DNA of 45,732 bases, filler included, from Catajapyx aquilonaris (lineage: Eukaryota): NCBI GenBank assembly GCA_000934665.2. It is 2 parts of 2 records of this genome, joined end to end, with 100 filler letters (N's around TTAATTAATTAA, not from the genome) between each part and the next. Parts side by side here need not be neighbours in the genome. Positions count along the whole stretch, not along the records: positions 22,889 to 45,732 come from JYFJ02005828.1; 1 more part is not named here. One strand, written 5' to 3'. The position numbers and the translations under genes were made by a program. The stretch's first letter is position 1. Every line of letters starts with the position of its first letter. The notes below the pieces were generated by a model. It ran no database searches, had not been told where the DNA came from, and saw only the letters and a list, made by a program, of their open reading frames with translations. This document shows, one piece after another, positions 44,920-45,732 of the stretch.

Positions 44920-45732
44920 TACTTACCTGCTTCTATTACATTATGCCAAGTATCATTCAGGAAATCCATTCACAGTGTGTGAAGTTCCCTTGTGAGATGC
45001 TATTTTTGTGTAATCGTTAACTTCGTGAGGGAGGGAACTGTCACTTTACCCCTTCTCTGACAAAAGTGCTGCACAGAGGATTGCTTCCTATCAGACACTT
45101 TTCTGCTGCTAGATGGCAAGAGGAAGTGGATTAAATGAGAGACAAATTTCTATGTATTTCCCCTTTATGCTTCAGGCACTTTTCTTTAGGTCACAACCAG
45201 ATGGAAGGAGCTTGAAAGATGACTCCATTACTTACATCGTAACCTTTACATGCCATTATCTCTGTAATGGATACTTTTCCAAAATTAACTATGATAATTT
45301 CATCTTATAATATCCCAAGGAACCTATACTAGGTCAGAGAGTATGCCTTTCCCATCACCCTGTATCTTTTGGATCCTTGGATTTTTTTTTTTTTTTTAAA
45401 TATATTTCCACTGGACATTCCAGGTATTTGTCCACATGTTTCATACTCACATCGCAGGGCTTATATGAAAAGGAGAGGCTGATTTCTTCTTGCTTATTAG
45501 TGAATTTCTGTAACAGGTGATATGAGGGAAAGGCTGAACAGTACATTAGCACAGACAGATTCATGTGTCTTGGGTTTGCACTTAGCAAAAGGTGCTGACT
45601 TTTGGAGATTGATTTCATTGGTTGCATATTCCATATGCATTAAGGTGGAAATGAAGCTAGAGTCACTCAATGAGAATTTTATGAAAAAAACATATGTTAC
45701 GCAGTTTTGTGTCCTCTTATCAATGGTGCAAA

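Noticed and set aside
1..45732. CRISPR array or prokaryotic system
   Set aside because: No regularly spaced direct repeats with unique spacers; the sequence is intron-containing eukaryotic DNA.

Overview
Eukaryotic, very likely insect/arthropod, genomic DNA (GT-AG introns, a TTAGG run, insect-type tRNA-derived SINEs). An artificial 100-nt spacer (N44-TTAATTAATTAA-N44) at 22789-22888 means the two halves may not be adjacent. Right half: a minus-strand gene for a PIDD1-like ZU5-ZU5-UPA-DD protein that lacks LRRs, keeps both HFS autoproteolysis motifs and has a second death domain on a separate exon; a minus-strand long-form tRNase Z (ELAC2/RNaseZ) gene; and a divergent plus-strand IQCK gene. 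Left half: nine short 3n, phase-0 exons on the minus strand (575-16537) join into one open 275-codon low-complexity frame and sit in duplicated exon+intron modules, an apparent orphan gene. Introns are packed with palindromic MITEs, SINEs, LINE remnants and a Helitron, including a six-layer nested insertion stack at 17.4-22.6 kb. All calls come from manual reading; no searches were run.
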